64,000 nucleotides of DNA. It comes from Camelus dromedarius (taxonomy: Eukaryota). Numbering within the stretch: the stretch's first letter is position 1; each line of letters starts with the position of its first letter. Shown in pieces: positions 38,501-51,779 of the stretch. The stretch covers positions 114,516,001 through 114,580,000 of the forward strand of contig NC_087437.1 of the NCBI RefSeq assembly GCF_036321535.1, given 5' to 3'. The notes under the pieces were generated by a model. That model was not told the DNA's origin. It made no database searches and was given only the letters and a program-made list of their open reading frames with translations. The position numbers and the translations under genes are program-made.

Positions 38501-39548
38501 GATTTAACTCATATTTCTAACAAAGCTCCCGGGCTCCCCCTAATTGTTTCTCAACACAGCTGCCATTGTTTCTGAGAGCGCCCTTAGGATTGAACTTACC
38601 TGTACACTGAAATGAAATGACTTCCTTTTGGGAGGACTGGAGACCGCTCAGCATTTATGTCCTGCCTCTTTCTCGTGTGCAGAATCTCTCAGCCACTGTC
38701 TGAATTAGGGGAGGGGACGGGGCACACTTCTCTCTCAGTGGCACTCCTGCTGTAGGAGCTGGGAGGGAGGGGTGGGCATCTCTGGTCTTAGCTCGCCTCC
38801 CTTTGCGTGATCCTTCTGCCTTACAAACAAGCTGCGGCAAGGGCCGTCTAGGCCCCAGTGTTCTCACTATGCCCAGCCCAGGGTAGAACCTTTGTCCCAC
38901 AAGTGAGGGCCGTTAGGTGAGCTGAAAGTGGAAGCCCTCACCTCCTGGATGCACGTGCCAGGATCTGAACTTCTGCTACAGGTGGCTGAGGAGCAGGATG
39001 AGAACGCTGATGTCCCACCCACCCTGGGAGCACACCACAGCCCGGCAGGTGCTCGGATGCACCATGAAAGTGTGGCCAGAAAGGGGGAGGGGACAGAGCA
39101 GGCCATGCTGGAAATACCAGAAACTCTCTATTCTGACCTGACTTATTGTAGATATTCTGGAATAAATGTTTCTTCATTTTTGCTGCATGCCCTGAGGACC
39201 ATTTCCACAGACTTTAAATAGCTGAGTTTTTTAAAATAATTTTCACAAGTTTTTCTGGGTAGTAGATTCACAGAACTCTTTCCCTTGCCATTATTTATTT
39301 ATTGAGTTCAAGTGAAATATTTTATTCCTATAATTTTTCAAACAATAAACCCCCAGATCCTTTCAATCCAACGTTAGAAATAACGGGTTGTTACAATAAT
39401 CAAACAGATAAAACCCAGTGAGTACCCCACTCCCAAAATACGTTCTCATCCTTCCCTCACATCCTCTTACAAGAAGAAAGTCCTGTCCCAGATCGGGTAT
39501 TCATCCTTCTGCTCGCTTTTCCATGTAACGATGTGTGTTTTATCTCAG

Positions 39549-39985
39549 GCAGAGTCGTGAATGTGTCTAGTTCTGTGAGTGTCATGGCTCTTAAAAACTG
39601 CAGCCCCGAACTGCAGGAGAAGTTCAGAAGTGAGACCATCACAGAGGACGAGCTGGTGGGGCTCATGAACAAGTTTGTGGAAGACACAAAGAATGGGGTG
39701 CACAAGAAGGCGGGCTGGCCTGATACTGCATATGGAGTGACCAAAATTGGTGTCACCGTCCTGTCCCGGATCCATGCCAGGAAACTGAGTGAGCAGAGGA
39801 GAGGGGACAGGATCCTCCTGAATGCCTGCTGCCCAGGCTGGGTGAGAACTGACATGGCCGGACCCAAAGCCCCCAAGAGCCCGGAAGAAGGAGCAGAGAC
39901 CCCGGTGTACTTGGCCCTTTTGCCCTCAGGTGCCGAGGGGCCTCACGGCAAGTTTGTTTCCGAGAAAAAAGTTGTAGAATGGTGA
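39549..39985 (+). CDS. CBR1: Carbonyl reductase 1, exon 3 (catalytic Ser, YGVTK, CCPGWV)
   Basis: 437 nt ending in TGA. Total CDS 834 nt = 277 aa. YxxxK motif intact. Confidence 0.96.
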
Positions 39986-40213
39986 GCTCAGTCACAGCCC
40001 TGCCCATGGGGCCGATTACGCTGCCTGTCCCAGTTTCACCAAAAGGACACTTACACTGTCAAAAATATCCCTATGCAAAAAAAAAAAAAAAAAAAAAAGA
40101 ATCAAAATATCACTATCAAGTCCTCACTGGGAGATGGCTACTAGTTTTTGAAGCCTTTTGTGATTTCTTCTGCGATCCAGAGGAAGGAAAAGTGGAACGG
40201 AGGACAGATAATG

Positions 40214-40237
40214 AATAAAAATCAATAGATGAATAAA
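40214..40237 (+). terminator. Tandem AATAAA poly(A) signals of CBR1
   Basis: AATAAA at 40214-40219 and 40232-40237. The same pair is present in the duplicate at 47098-47103 and 47116-47121. Confidence 0.7.
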
Positions 40238-41523
40238 TGGTTTGTTGCAAAGGACCGTATGTGCAGACTGGTAAACGCTGAACCGTCTCATTGATTCTTA
40301 AGTGTTGAACCAGGCTGGGTTGACGTACGCGGGTCTAGTATTCCTTCAACTTTTCTCTTTGAAAGCTTTCAAGACAAACATCTGGAACCAAAAAGTCCTG
40401 CCTCTGCCACCTTCCTGGATGGCTTTGAGCAAAACCCAGCATCTGCTGTATCCCCTCAGCTGTAACGTGGGGATGATAGTCATAGGGTTGCTGTGAAGCT
40501 TACTTGCACGATTTGGGTGACAATGTTGAAAACACAGTGAAAGTGCCGACTGTCCTCTGTCATGAGTCCCCTGGGTCCAACACCACCCACAGCAGTGACC
40601 AGAAGCTTCATACTGCCCATCGCTCAGCCTGGCTTCCCCAAGGCCCCAGGGATTGTCCACCAAGTTCCCTGCCCTCCCAGAAGCACACCATGGAAAATTC
40701 CCTAAAAGTAACACATGATTAGATGTACCACTTACTAACTTCACATGAAACAAAACCAAAGTGTAGGCACCTTTAGCAATCCTGAGGATGATGTAACTAT
40801 TAAAAAAAAATCCAGCTACTGGCTTGGCTTCATAAACAACATCCCACCGTGGGGACACACAGGGAATTCCAGTGTCAGGCACGCTGCCCACCAAGACAGT
40901 CTAATCACGGGACCATTTCCCCCAGTTCCCTGTCTGGAATTACTCTTAACAGATGTGGGGGAACTACATGCTCAGAAGCAATCACCCTAAGTACTTTTTT
41001 TGCATTTTAGGAAAAAAAGCAACCATTCCCATTCTGCAGTGATTGATGCATCCAACAAAACACAATTACTCTGCATTCCTTTTTCTCCTTTTGGAAATCT
41101 CCCTAATAGTTTTGATCCACAGCCAGAAATCCCTAGCCCCCTACTGACCCTTAGCCAATCAGTTTTGCCTGGGGGGAGCACACCTCTTCACCCTGCAAAC
41201 CACTGCGCATCTCAGGGGTGGGATCAGAATATAACCCTGTCCTGGTTTGGCTCAAGATGGAGCACCAGGGAAGGGGGCAGACAAAGAATTTGGTCTTTAG
41301 AAACCTCCTGGAAGACGTGGCCCCTCCTTGGAGAAAGGGCAGGAGGCAGAGTTTATTTCTCTACGAGCCATAGCACTAGATCTTACAAATCAGCTCTTCC
41401 TGGCTTTGCTAAGTTTTACCCAGCCCCTGCCCCTTGCCTTACACACCAACCGCCAAACCCCTGCCCAGCCCCAAACCAGCCTCTGCTTGCCCAACAACAG
41501 CCCTGCACGTCCTGAAAGCAACC

Positions 41524-44500
41524 GTGTCATCCAGCACCCCCGTGGCGCCAGTTACCGGGGCCAAGAAGGGTATTGGCTTCGCCCCTGCGCACAACCTGTG
41601 CCAGCAGTTTCTGGGGGACGTGGTGCTCACGGCCCAGGAAGTAGTGCGGGGCCAGGGGGCCGCGCAGCATCTTCAGGCCGAGGGCTTGAGCCCACGGTCC
41701 ACCAGTTGGACATCGACGACCTGCAGAGCATCTGCGCCCTGCCCGACTTCCTGCGCCAGGAGTACGGGGGGGCTCGACGTGCTGGTCAACAACGCGGGCG
41801 TCGCCTTTAAGAGCACCTGGATGTGGGCTCGGAGGGCACAGCTCCCGGGAGGGCGTCCAGCGTGGGCGGGGCGGGGCTGCTGCCTGAACCTTGGCTGTGG
41901 GCCCCATAGCTCCCGTGGGACCTAGAACCAGCTCCCAAGGGAAGGAGGACGGGCTGGAGGCTACAGTGACCTCTCTCACTGGGAAAGCAGAGTCTTTCGA
42001 GATTTGCAAGCCTTTCCAGCCACAGGGCCTTTGCAATACCTTTGATCAGATTTTTAAGGATTGCCTCCAGGTTTTGGTAGTGTCACTTAATTGGGCTTTG
42101 ATGCAGTTTGGAGAATTTTTAACTTATTTTGAAATAAACAAACAGTTGCAAAGAAAGCTGCATAGAGATCCCATTTGTGTTCCCTTCACCCAGCCTCCCT
42201 TGATGGTGCCACCTCACAGAACTATAGCACCAGCAAACATGGAAAGTCACATGGGAGCAACAGTGACAATCAACCTCAGACAATAATTAGATTTCAACAG
42301 ATCTGACAAGGAATAAAATCGTATCATTCTATGCATTTTTACCCTATGGCTCGTACTTATTAACTCTGTTTTCCTTCGGCCCTAAAAGTTGACAATCCCA
42401 CACCTTTTCATATTCAAGCAGAAGTGACCATGAAAACAAACTCTTTGGTACTCGAAATGTGTGCATGGAGTTTCTGCCTCTGATAAAGCCCCAAGGTGAG
42501 TCTGATTGGAACCCGAGCTGCCGTGTGTCTGGAAAAGTCTGGGCCCTGCCCACCTCAGGTTTCATCTATAGGCCCCCCTACCTCTGGCGCTCAGCTACAC
42601 TGGCCTCTGTGCTGTGTCTCCACCTGGCCAGGTGCCCACCCAGAGGCCTCAGGTCCCCTTACACATGGTCCAGGTGATTGATGCTCTCCGTCCACCTGCT
42701 TCTTGCACAACTGGCTCTTTCTTCTCTTTCCAGTTTTAGCTCAGAAGTCTCAACTTACAGGCCCTGTGCTTGTTCTGTGTCCATCACAGCTGGAGTTCCC
42801 ATAGGATTTCATCCCAGACCTTCTCTCCTCCGACCCGCTCTCAGAGTGACCTGATTCAGGTTTGTGGAGCCTAGACAACCATCAGTTCATTAGCTCCCTG
42901 GAAGTTCTTCTGTGTCTCATCAGCTGGGTTTGTTTTTATCCTACCCTTATAGTGCGTTATACACACTGGTTTCTAGATGCTAAACCATAGTTTGGTCTTT
43001 ACAAGCTCAGGAGGTCCCCAAACCATCCTCAGATTCAGTAATTCACTAGAAGGACCGAGAACTCAGCAAAATGCTGTCATGTACAAAATGTCAGTGAATT
43101 TAGAAATGTAGAGGGATTCAAATCAGCTATGGTAAAGGTCTCATGGCACAGGGTCTAGGAAAGATCAGACTTGGAGCTGCCCGAACAGATCCTGGGGACA
43201 GCACGCATGCCTCCCCAGTAACGTATGACAGTACACGAGGAGTACTGCCAACCAGGGGGCTCACCCAAGCCTTGATATCCACTATTTTTGGTGGGAGTTG
43301 GTCACATAGGCATGGCCCACTGCCTTCTTGTCTGACCTTATCCTCGAGCCCCTCCAGAGGTCCAGCTGGTACCAGGCACCAGGTACCAGGCACCACCATA
43401 ATCACGTGTTAACACAGATTATATACCCTGACCCTAGAACACCAAGTCAACAAGGACAGTCTTCTCAGGTAGGACATTCTAAAGGTTTAACATTACCTCC
43501 CGGATACTCGGGCAAAGGGCTGAAGCTTCATTTGACCAAGCTTAGTCCTTTGCTTACAGAGACCATCCCCTGGGTCCTTCAGCAAGGCTGAGTCCTTCTT
43601 AGATACTCTCCAAGCAAAAGAATCATTGAAGATCTAAATTTACTACAAATTTTTTTTAAAACAAATACAACAATTGTGTTAGAAATATACATAACGTTTG
43701 GAGGAGCCAGTGTGGGGGAGGGGTAGCTTTTAAGCAGCAGAGTATCTGTCCTGTAAAGCCAATCCTCACATTTTCATGTGTGAGGATTCACAGGTTGGTC
43801 ACTTGGTGTTTAGACCTTTTTAATACAACTGTTTGTGCAGAACAACTTACTATTGTTTAGAGATAAACTGAGGCATACAAAATTTTAAGGTTTATCTGAG
43901 AAAATATCTATTTGAATCGGGAGTGCCAAACGAGCAGCGGTGAGGATGGCTTCAGCAACAAGTACCCAGGAAGAGACCATCGTGAAGAAAAGGCTGAAGC
44001 AAAGTAAGGAGATGATGGATTGTCTGCAGTTCCTGGCCTAGATGGCTGTTTGTGTCTGGTGGTCCTTAGGTTTTGATTTTGGAACCTTGAGATGTTTACA
44101 GGCTTAGATTTTGGTTGGCTTACATAGGCCACTAGGGTACGAGAGCCACTCAGTCTAAGGGCCTCCTTGTTTAATTAATTAACAGCATAGAAATTAATTG
44201 ATAGTGAGCTACATCCAGTTCTCCATCGGGCCAGTCATCTTTCATCACCATTACATCCTGATGACACTCTAGCTCAGGCTCCCCAGTACACATGATCATC
44301 ACGATCAGTATCATCCAGTGATTCCGTGCCTCCAGTTTACCTATGGTGGTTCAGTATAATGCAAGGCCAGTGACACTCCACAGGATGGTACTACCTGTAA
44401 CCTAAGAGAACATGACTGAGGAGTTGCTGGCACATTGCTAGAGTCCTGCTCAGTTATTCACAGTTGGTTCAGTTCATCACTGCATCCTAGGACCACATCT

Positions 44501-46884
44501 CAGAATGATGCCACTCAGATTCCAAGGCTTCTGTTCAAGCTTGTTAGGTCCCAAAGCAGAAATGGTGTTGACAACATGTGGCTTCACCCTGTCAGGCATC
44601 TGGTATAATTGAGCTAAGAGACAATATTATCTCCTGCTCTCAGCCCCACCAGGAACCAATGTGGTAACGATTTCTCTTGTTGCATAACCCATTTAATCAT
44701 TCACCCTCATTTCTATTTCCTCCTGCTCCCCACTTATCCTTAACATTTAACCAAACTTTCTCACCTTTCAAAGGGATGTTAAGTTTGGCCACTCTGCTCC
44801 TCCTGATTGTCCACAGCAATACAAGTCTAACAGTGTCTTCCCATACTCCACCCCCATCATGTAGGTAGGGTTACCCAGGCCCAGAACTAGGGGGTTCCCT
44901 CTACCACTAATTAGTCAATTCAGCTGCATTTGCTGTCACTCCAGATCTGCCAGATGGGCTGAAGACACAGTCCACTCCATCAGGCCCTTAGGAATTCTGG
45001 CATAAATATTTAAATCTATAGGTAAGTTCCTTCCTTAAGGATTATCCCCTGACTTCCATATCCACAATTGCAGCCCTTGTCCCTGGACCATGATGACAGG
45101 AGGAAAAAAGAAACTTGAGGTGATGTGGGGAAAAACTGTGGGTTAGCCCCAGCATCCTCCCCACCCCCCCTTCCTCAGATCCCCCAGAGAAGCAGAGCGA
45201 TCCGCCCAGTGGGGACTCTTCAGAGGCCCCCCTCATGCTGAGTTGACCATATGCCAATGTTCATCCCTAACTGGTCATGTTTGAGACGACTAGTTTCATT
45301 TCTGTGTCAAACCACTACTCTGTGGATGCAAGTGTGTTTCTTGGCCTGAGGAATTATAACTTGTCAGTCCAAATTGGGGCAGTGTCTTCTGTTCCAGTCC
45401 CATTAGAACACTCGCACATGTGGATCCACTGCCAGGCTGCCAAGCCAGGTCCCGAGACAGCATCTAATCTTGTCAGGACACGTTTGTGGCTTCCCAGGGC
45501 TACTGCCTGCAGCCAGACTTGCCAGCTCTGGGCCAGGCCTTTGCTTCAAGGATTCTGTCACTGACCCAAGGCAGTCTTTGTCTCTATTGCTGGCAGACAA
45601 ACTGGTCCCTGGCATTTTGTGCCTCAGAAAATGCAAGAGTCACAAATAGCAAGTATCCCATCCCGAGGTAACTACAGCACCCCTCACCTCATGGACCCAA
45701 AGAGCCACTTCAAATAAGCACCCTGAGTATCTACTCAATGGCTCCAAGCCCCTGGCAACCCAGGAAGTGGTTCTGTTGATGGGCATTAACATGCCTACCT
45801 CAATTCCTCCCAACTTCCCACTTGACTTCCACAGTGCCGTGCTCCTGTGGGCGGCCCTCAGATAGTCCGGTGTCCCCTGCGCCTCTCTGTGCTCACACAG
45901 CCAGGACTTGAGTTACCACTTCGCAGTTGATGAAAACCCAAACCCAGAGACAACAGCATGCATTCAGCCCCCTGAGCTGATTCAAGTTCACCTTCCTCCC
46001 TCCAAGCCTCCCAAACCTGATGCTGTCTGTTCCTCTTGGAACCACCACCCATAAACCCATCAGCTCTTTGCTGGTCAACAGAGACCTGTCAGAGAGCACT
46101 GCCCAAGGGACCAAAAGATCCTCAGATGGTCCCAAAGGAGGCCACTACTCCTCAGTGCAGTGAGGACTCCTAGTCCCTGAGCATCTTCATTTTCATTTCT
46201 CACAGAAATCTGGGCACTGCCCTCCCCATTAGAGCATTTCTTTCTCTGACATCACCCTAGACATTAAGGCTTGGACAGATTATGAGACCAGTTCCTGTCC
46301 CTCTCTCATAGAGGCAGCCTTAATTCATCTCATAGAAAACTGGTAATTGGCTCTCAAATGGACATTTTGCCTCCAACATCCCAGCGAGTTGGGTATTCAT
46401 CATTCTTGTACATACCTTTCTACATAATGATTTGTGTTGTGTTTTAGGCAGAGTTGTGAATGTGTCTAGCAGAAAGAGCTTCGTAGCTCTTGAAGACTGC
46501 AGCCCTGAACTGCAGGAGAAGTTCAGAAGGGAGGCCATTACAGAGGATGAGCTGGTGGGGCTTATGAACAAGTCTGTGGAAGACACAAAGAATGGGGTGC
46601 ACAGGAAGGAGGGCTGGCCTGATACTGCATATGGAGTGACCAAAACTGGCGTCACTGTCCTGTCCCAGATCCATGCCGGGAAACTGAATGAGCAGAGGAG
46701 AGGAGACAAGATCCTCCTGAATGCCTGCTGCCCTGGCTGGGTGAGAACTGACGTGGCTGGACCCGAAGCCCCCAGGACCCTGGAAGAAGGAGCAGAGACC
46801 CCTGTGTACTTGGCCCTTTTGCCCTCAGACGCTAAGGAGCCTCATGGTCATTTTGTTTTCGAGAAAAAAGTTAAACAATGGTGA
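41524..46884 (+). pseudogene. Unprocessed CBR1-like tandem duplicate (exons 41524-41812, 42389-42495, 46448-46884)
   Basis: Start codon ATG>GTG. Exon 1 has -1 and +1 indels and its donor reads GCACCT instead of GT. Exon 2 has a 1-nt deletion (107 nt) giving TGA at 42481-42483. Exon 3 is open. Intron and 3' flank homology to CBR1 show a DNA-level duplication. Confidence 0.9.
42915..46300. mobile_element. LTR/ERV-derived block filling intron 2 of the CBR1 duplicate (MER21-like LTR, solo LTR at about 43854-44184, decayed internal sequence)
   Basis: Absent from CBR1 intron 2. LTR-like termini and MER21-like motifs. Family assignment uncertain. Confidence 0.45.
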
Positions 46885-48419
46885 GCTTAGTCACAGCTCT
46901 GCCCATGGTCCTGCATATATTTCCTGTAGATTTGACCAAAAGGACACTTACAGTGTCAAAAATATCTCCTAAAAAAAATCAAATATTTCTATTGAATATT
47001 CAAGTATCACTTTGAAATGGCTACTAGTTCTGTGAAGTCTTTTCTGATTTCTTCTATGATCCTGGGGAAGTAAAAGTGGGATGGATGACAAATAATGAAT
47101 AAAAATAATTAGATGAATAAAAGGCTCTTTCTAAATGTCCACTTGTGGAGACTGGTTATATGCTGAACCGGCACAGAAATCTAATAGACCAAAAGGTAGG
47201 TCTAGAGAAGTGACCTTACAATTCATGTGCACAAACATTATAGGTAGTAAGGGCAGACGGGAAATATTTTCAGCTTTTCAGCTTAGTGGTCTCTGTTGGA
47301 ACTACTCAGATATGCTCTCATGGCATGAAAATTACATGAGACAATATACAAGCCAATGTGCACAGCAAGATTTGGCCTGCCAACTTTTGTTCCCCAGCCT
47401 CCAGTATAACATGGACAACGCCATCAAGAGGAGACATCCGCTCTGGTGTCTTTAAACACCAGCGGCATTGTGCTTGTATGAAAGATACAGCCTCAGGAGA
47501 ATGTGAGACGATGGGGAAGTTCAGTGTGGACCAGTATTGATGGATATGCGAGGTTACTGTCAGATCTCTTCAGGGTGAAGGTGTTACTTATGTGGGGATG
47601 AAGTGCCAGGAGGTCTGCAATATTAATCAGGTTCTGCGTAATATATGCAGAAGATAAACACATAAGAGAGTAACATATCCATAATTGTTGGACCTCGTGT
47701 GGAGACATACTTGTGTCCACTTAACTTTTGCATTTGAAAGTTTTGAAGACGAACATCTGGAATCAAAAGGCTCTGCCGCCCTCAGGCATGACCTTAAGCA
47801 AAATACTGCATCTGCTCTAGCCCCTCAACCGCAAACTGTAAAGGCACTTTTAGCAAATTTGTGGATTGTGTAACCATTGAGTAAAATATTCCAGTGAATG
47901 ACTTGGCACCCAGTAAACAACCCTCCCACCTCGGGGCACACTGGAAATCCCACAGAGCCAGGTACTCTGTCCACACTAAAGTCACAGGACCTATTTCCTT
48001 TAAAACTCTCTCCTGCCTTTCTCTTAAGAGAGCAAGGGAAGTTACATCTTCGGAAGCAGTTGCCCTAAGCAATTTCATTGCCTCTTGGGGAAAAAGCAAC
48101 CATTCCCTTTCTGCAGTGGCTAATTGTCCCATTCCAAAACAATTACTCTGCACTCCTTTTTCTCCTTTTGGGGTGGTCCCTAATGGCTTTTGTTTATCTG
48201 CCAGGAATCCCTAGCCTCCTATTTACCCTTCATCACCAGTTGTTCTTGAGGGGAGTACACTGCTCCACCATGCAAACCTCTGTGTGTCTCAGAGTTGGGA
48301 TCAAAAGGGAGCTGTGTCTCAAGTTTGGCTAGGGTGCAGCCTCCGGGAGGGACATACCCTGGAATTTATCATTAGGAAGCTTCTGGAACATATAGCCTCT
48401 CCTTGCAGGGAGGGAAGGA

Positions 48420-49715
48420 GGCGAGATACCGGATCTGGGGCACCCACAACTGGGAGAAGCCCCAACCACAGGCGCAGAGGCAACCAGGTCCTGGCGTGGA
48501 GTCTAGGTGGGGCAGCCGTAGGCATTGTTGGCACTTACTCAAGCAGCATACCAGAAGCAGCCCAGATCTCTGGCGGTGGCTACTCTACCACAGTTATCTC
48601 CCGATATATGCCAAGAGTCCATGCTGACTCCACCTGCCCTGCGGTGTGGCGGAGGCTGGGAGCAGTGATCAGCTGTGAGGGACAAATGGGACTTGCACCC
48701 AAGGCTGTGTCTGAGCAGAGTGAGGGATTCCATCGCAGGCACCTGCACAGGCATTGCGTTAAGTCAACTTGGACTTCTGTCTGCAGCCCACGCAAGCTGA
48801 GAGCCCACTTGCTTCAGGGCTCCCCACTTCTGGGGCAAGCGTACTGGTGTGTGGAGAGGGGAACACACACACTTAAAGGGAACAGACCCAGCGTGGGCCC
48901 AACCCTCAGGACTTCTGCTCCAGCAACTTGGGATCAGACCTTGCACCCAATAGTGCGGTAATGGCCACCTAGCAGAGGAAAAGTCCAGCCTGACACCCTG
49001 GCTCCAGCTCTAGCTCCTCCATCTCTAGCCCCACCCCTTACCAAGGTGATAGTTCCAGCACACTCTGCGGAAAGACGTGACCTGCGCCCACATCCAATCA
49101 AGCTCTCCCGCCAAAGGCATCGGGCACACACAGTCTATGCAGCGATGCTCCCGTGTAAGAACCACAAGAGGCAGCTGCAGTCAATTTCACCTAAATTGAT
49201 AGAGGCAGAGAAAGCTAAGCAAACTGAAAAGGCAGAGGAACTTCTCTCAATTGAATGAGCAAGATAAAACCCCTCAAAAAATAAATAATGAAACAGAACT
49301 AAACAATTTACCAGATAAAGAATTCAAGGCATTGGTCAAAAACGTAATAACAGAATTAAGGGAAAGATTAGATGTACACAGGGAACACTATAACAAGGAA
49401 GTAAAAAATATAAAAAGACCCAATCAGAAATGAATAATTCAATAGCTGAAATAAAAAGTACACTAAAGGAATGAGTAACAGACTATGTAATACGAAAGAA
49501 AGCGTAAGTGATCTGAAAGATGGAATAATGGAAATCACTCAATCCAGAACAGCAAAAAGAAAAACAAATTTTAAGAGATTCCCTGGGGTAACATTTAGCA
49601 TAGCAACATTCATATTATAGGGGACCCAGAAAGAAAAGAGAGAGAGAAGGGGATGGGAAGTGTATTTGAGGAAATTATAGCTGGGAATTTCCCAAACCTG
49701 AAGAAGGAAACAGAA
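48420..49715 (+). mobile_element. L1 5' region and decayed ORF1
   Basis: ORF1-like peptide ELNNLPDKEFKALV (ORF 49251..49433), A-rich sequence. Confidence 0.75.
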
Positions 49716-49719
49716 ATTA

Positions 49720-51570
49720 TTTTTAATTCATTCATCTTTTAGTTTTTACACTAGAATTGTGGTTTACACACCACCATTACAGCATCCCGGTATAATGTAT
49801 TTGTCTGTACATTTACCCACCATTGAGTTTCTTATGTTCATATGCTTTTATGTTGCTGCTCAGCATCCTTTTGTTTCAACTTTAAGACCTCTCTTTGGCA
49901 TTTCTTGTAAAGCAGGTCTAGCGGTAATAAACTTCCTCAGCGTATTTTGTCATTATCTCTCCTTCATTTTTTAAAATTGACGTACAGTTGATCTACAATA
50001 TTGTGTTAGTTTAAGGCGTATCTCTTTCATTTTTGAAGAACAGTTTTTCCAGGCATAGTATTCTTGGTTGGTAGTGTTTTTTTTCCCCAACACTTTAAAT
50101 ACCATTCCACTGCCTCTTACTTGCAGGGCTTCTGCTAAGAAGTCTATTCAAGGGAGACTTATGGGGGCTCCCTTGTATGGGATAAGTTGCTTGCTACTTT
50201 CAAAATTCTAATTTTGACAATTTGACCACATTGGGTCTCCATGCAGAATCATCCCACTCTGGATTCGTCCTATTTGAGGTCTTTGGGGCTTCATGAATCT
50301 GTATATCCATTTCCCTCCCCAGATTTAAGAAGTTTGGGGCCATTATTTATTTAAATAAGCTTTCTGCCTCTCTCTCTCTCTCTTCTCCTCTTGGGACTAC
50401 CACCGTGTGGATATTGGTTTGCTTGATGGTGTGCCGTGGGGCCTTTCCTTTCTTCACTTTTTTCTTTTTGGTCCTCTGACTGGATAATTTCAAGTGACCT
50501 TCTCTGAGCACACTAGTTCTTCTGTTTGATCAGGGATGCTGCTGAACTCCCTACATAAGATACTCGTTTGTATTCTTCAGATCCAGAATATCTGTTTCTT
50601 TTTTTAATAGTTTCTATCTTTGTTAAACTTCTCGTTCTGTTCATGTAGTGTTTTCCTGATTTCATTCATTGTCTGTCTGTGTTCTCTCGTTCACTGAGCT
50701 ACTTTAATATGATTATTTTCAATTCTTTGTCATGCAATTTGTATATCTCCCTTTCTTTCGGAGGTTTATTTTGTGCATTTGATTATGTCATGTTTCCTTG
50801 GTTCCTTGTATTCTTTGTCACTTTGTATTGGTGTCTTTATTAGAAAAAATAGCCACCTCTCCCAGTCTTTGCAGACTGGCTTGAAAGGGAAAGACCTTCA
50901 CCAATCAACCTGCCTAGAGATTCTGGGAGCCTGTCAAACTTTTTCTATGAATGTGCTTTCTCTGGACTCGTATGTGTAGATTCCAAATTAGAGGACTTCT
51001 TGGTTTCTTCCCTGACCCCCTACCCACCCAAGAACCTCTCTTCTCCCTCTGAAGTCTGACTACTGTGCTGTGGCCACAGTGTTGGAGGCATGATCCACTC
51101 CTCTTCCCTGTGGAGAAGCTTCTGTTTCTGCACCTTCTCTCAATCTCACAGAGCTGTGCCAGCCACAAGTCCCTGCCCCTTTCCCTTTGTCCTTAACTGC
51201 ACCCAGGTGTCTAAACTATTCTGCTTCCATCAGCAGTCCACGTGAGGCAAGAAAGAAACCGGGCCCTTGAAAAGTGCACTGAAAGACCAGAACATTTGAG
51301 GCACACTCCACTCCATCCTTCCCCGCAAGGAGAATTCAAGGGCCATGGCACTCTCTCTCAGTGCTGAGCTGTGCTGGCTTAGGGGAGGGCCGACATGGGT
51401 AAGGTGAAGTTGCTCTCCTTGCTCATTTCACTGCAGCTTCTCTCAGTTTTGTGCTCATCTGGAGTATTGAAACTGCTTAACCAGATTCTGGACCTCGGTC
51501 AGATTGGTGTTTCTGTGGAGGAAATGAGGGCGGGGGCTCTCTATCCTGCTGTCTTACTGCAGTCCCTCTT
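49720..51570 (-). mobile_element. Old L1 ORF1/5' region on the minus strand
   Basis: T-rich reverse L1 motifs (tattcttggttggtag, ccattccactgcctct). Confidence 0.65.
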
Positions 51571-51779
51571 GAGCCTGCTAGCCTACTCTGCTGATTTTGT
51601 CCTTGACAGCCTCCATAACTGTGTGAGTCAACTCCTTAAAATTCCTTAAAGTCCCTCTCTCCCTCCTCCCTCCCTCCCTCCCTCTCTCCCTGTCTCTTTC
51701 TCCCTCCTCCTCTCTCTATATGTACTCACACACTATTGGTTTATTTTCTTGGAGAGTCCTGATCAGCTGAATAATTACA

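Noticed and set aside
41524..46884. Second reductase gene called as CBR3
   Set aside because: Exon, intron-edge and 3' flank sequences closely match the adjacent CBR1, so it is a CBR1 duplicate. CBR3 is not seen in this window.
48284..48961. 225-aa ORF
   Set aside because: It spans the duplicated flank and an L1 5' region and shows no recognisable domain.
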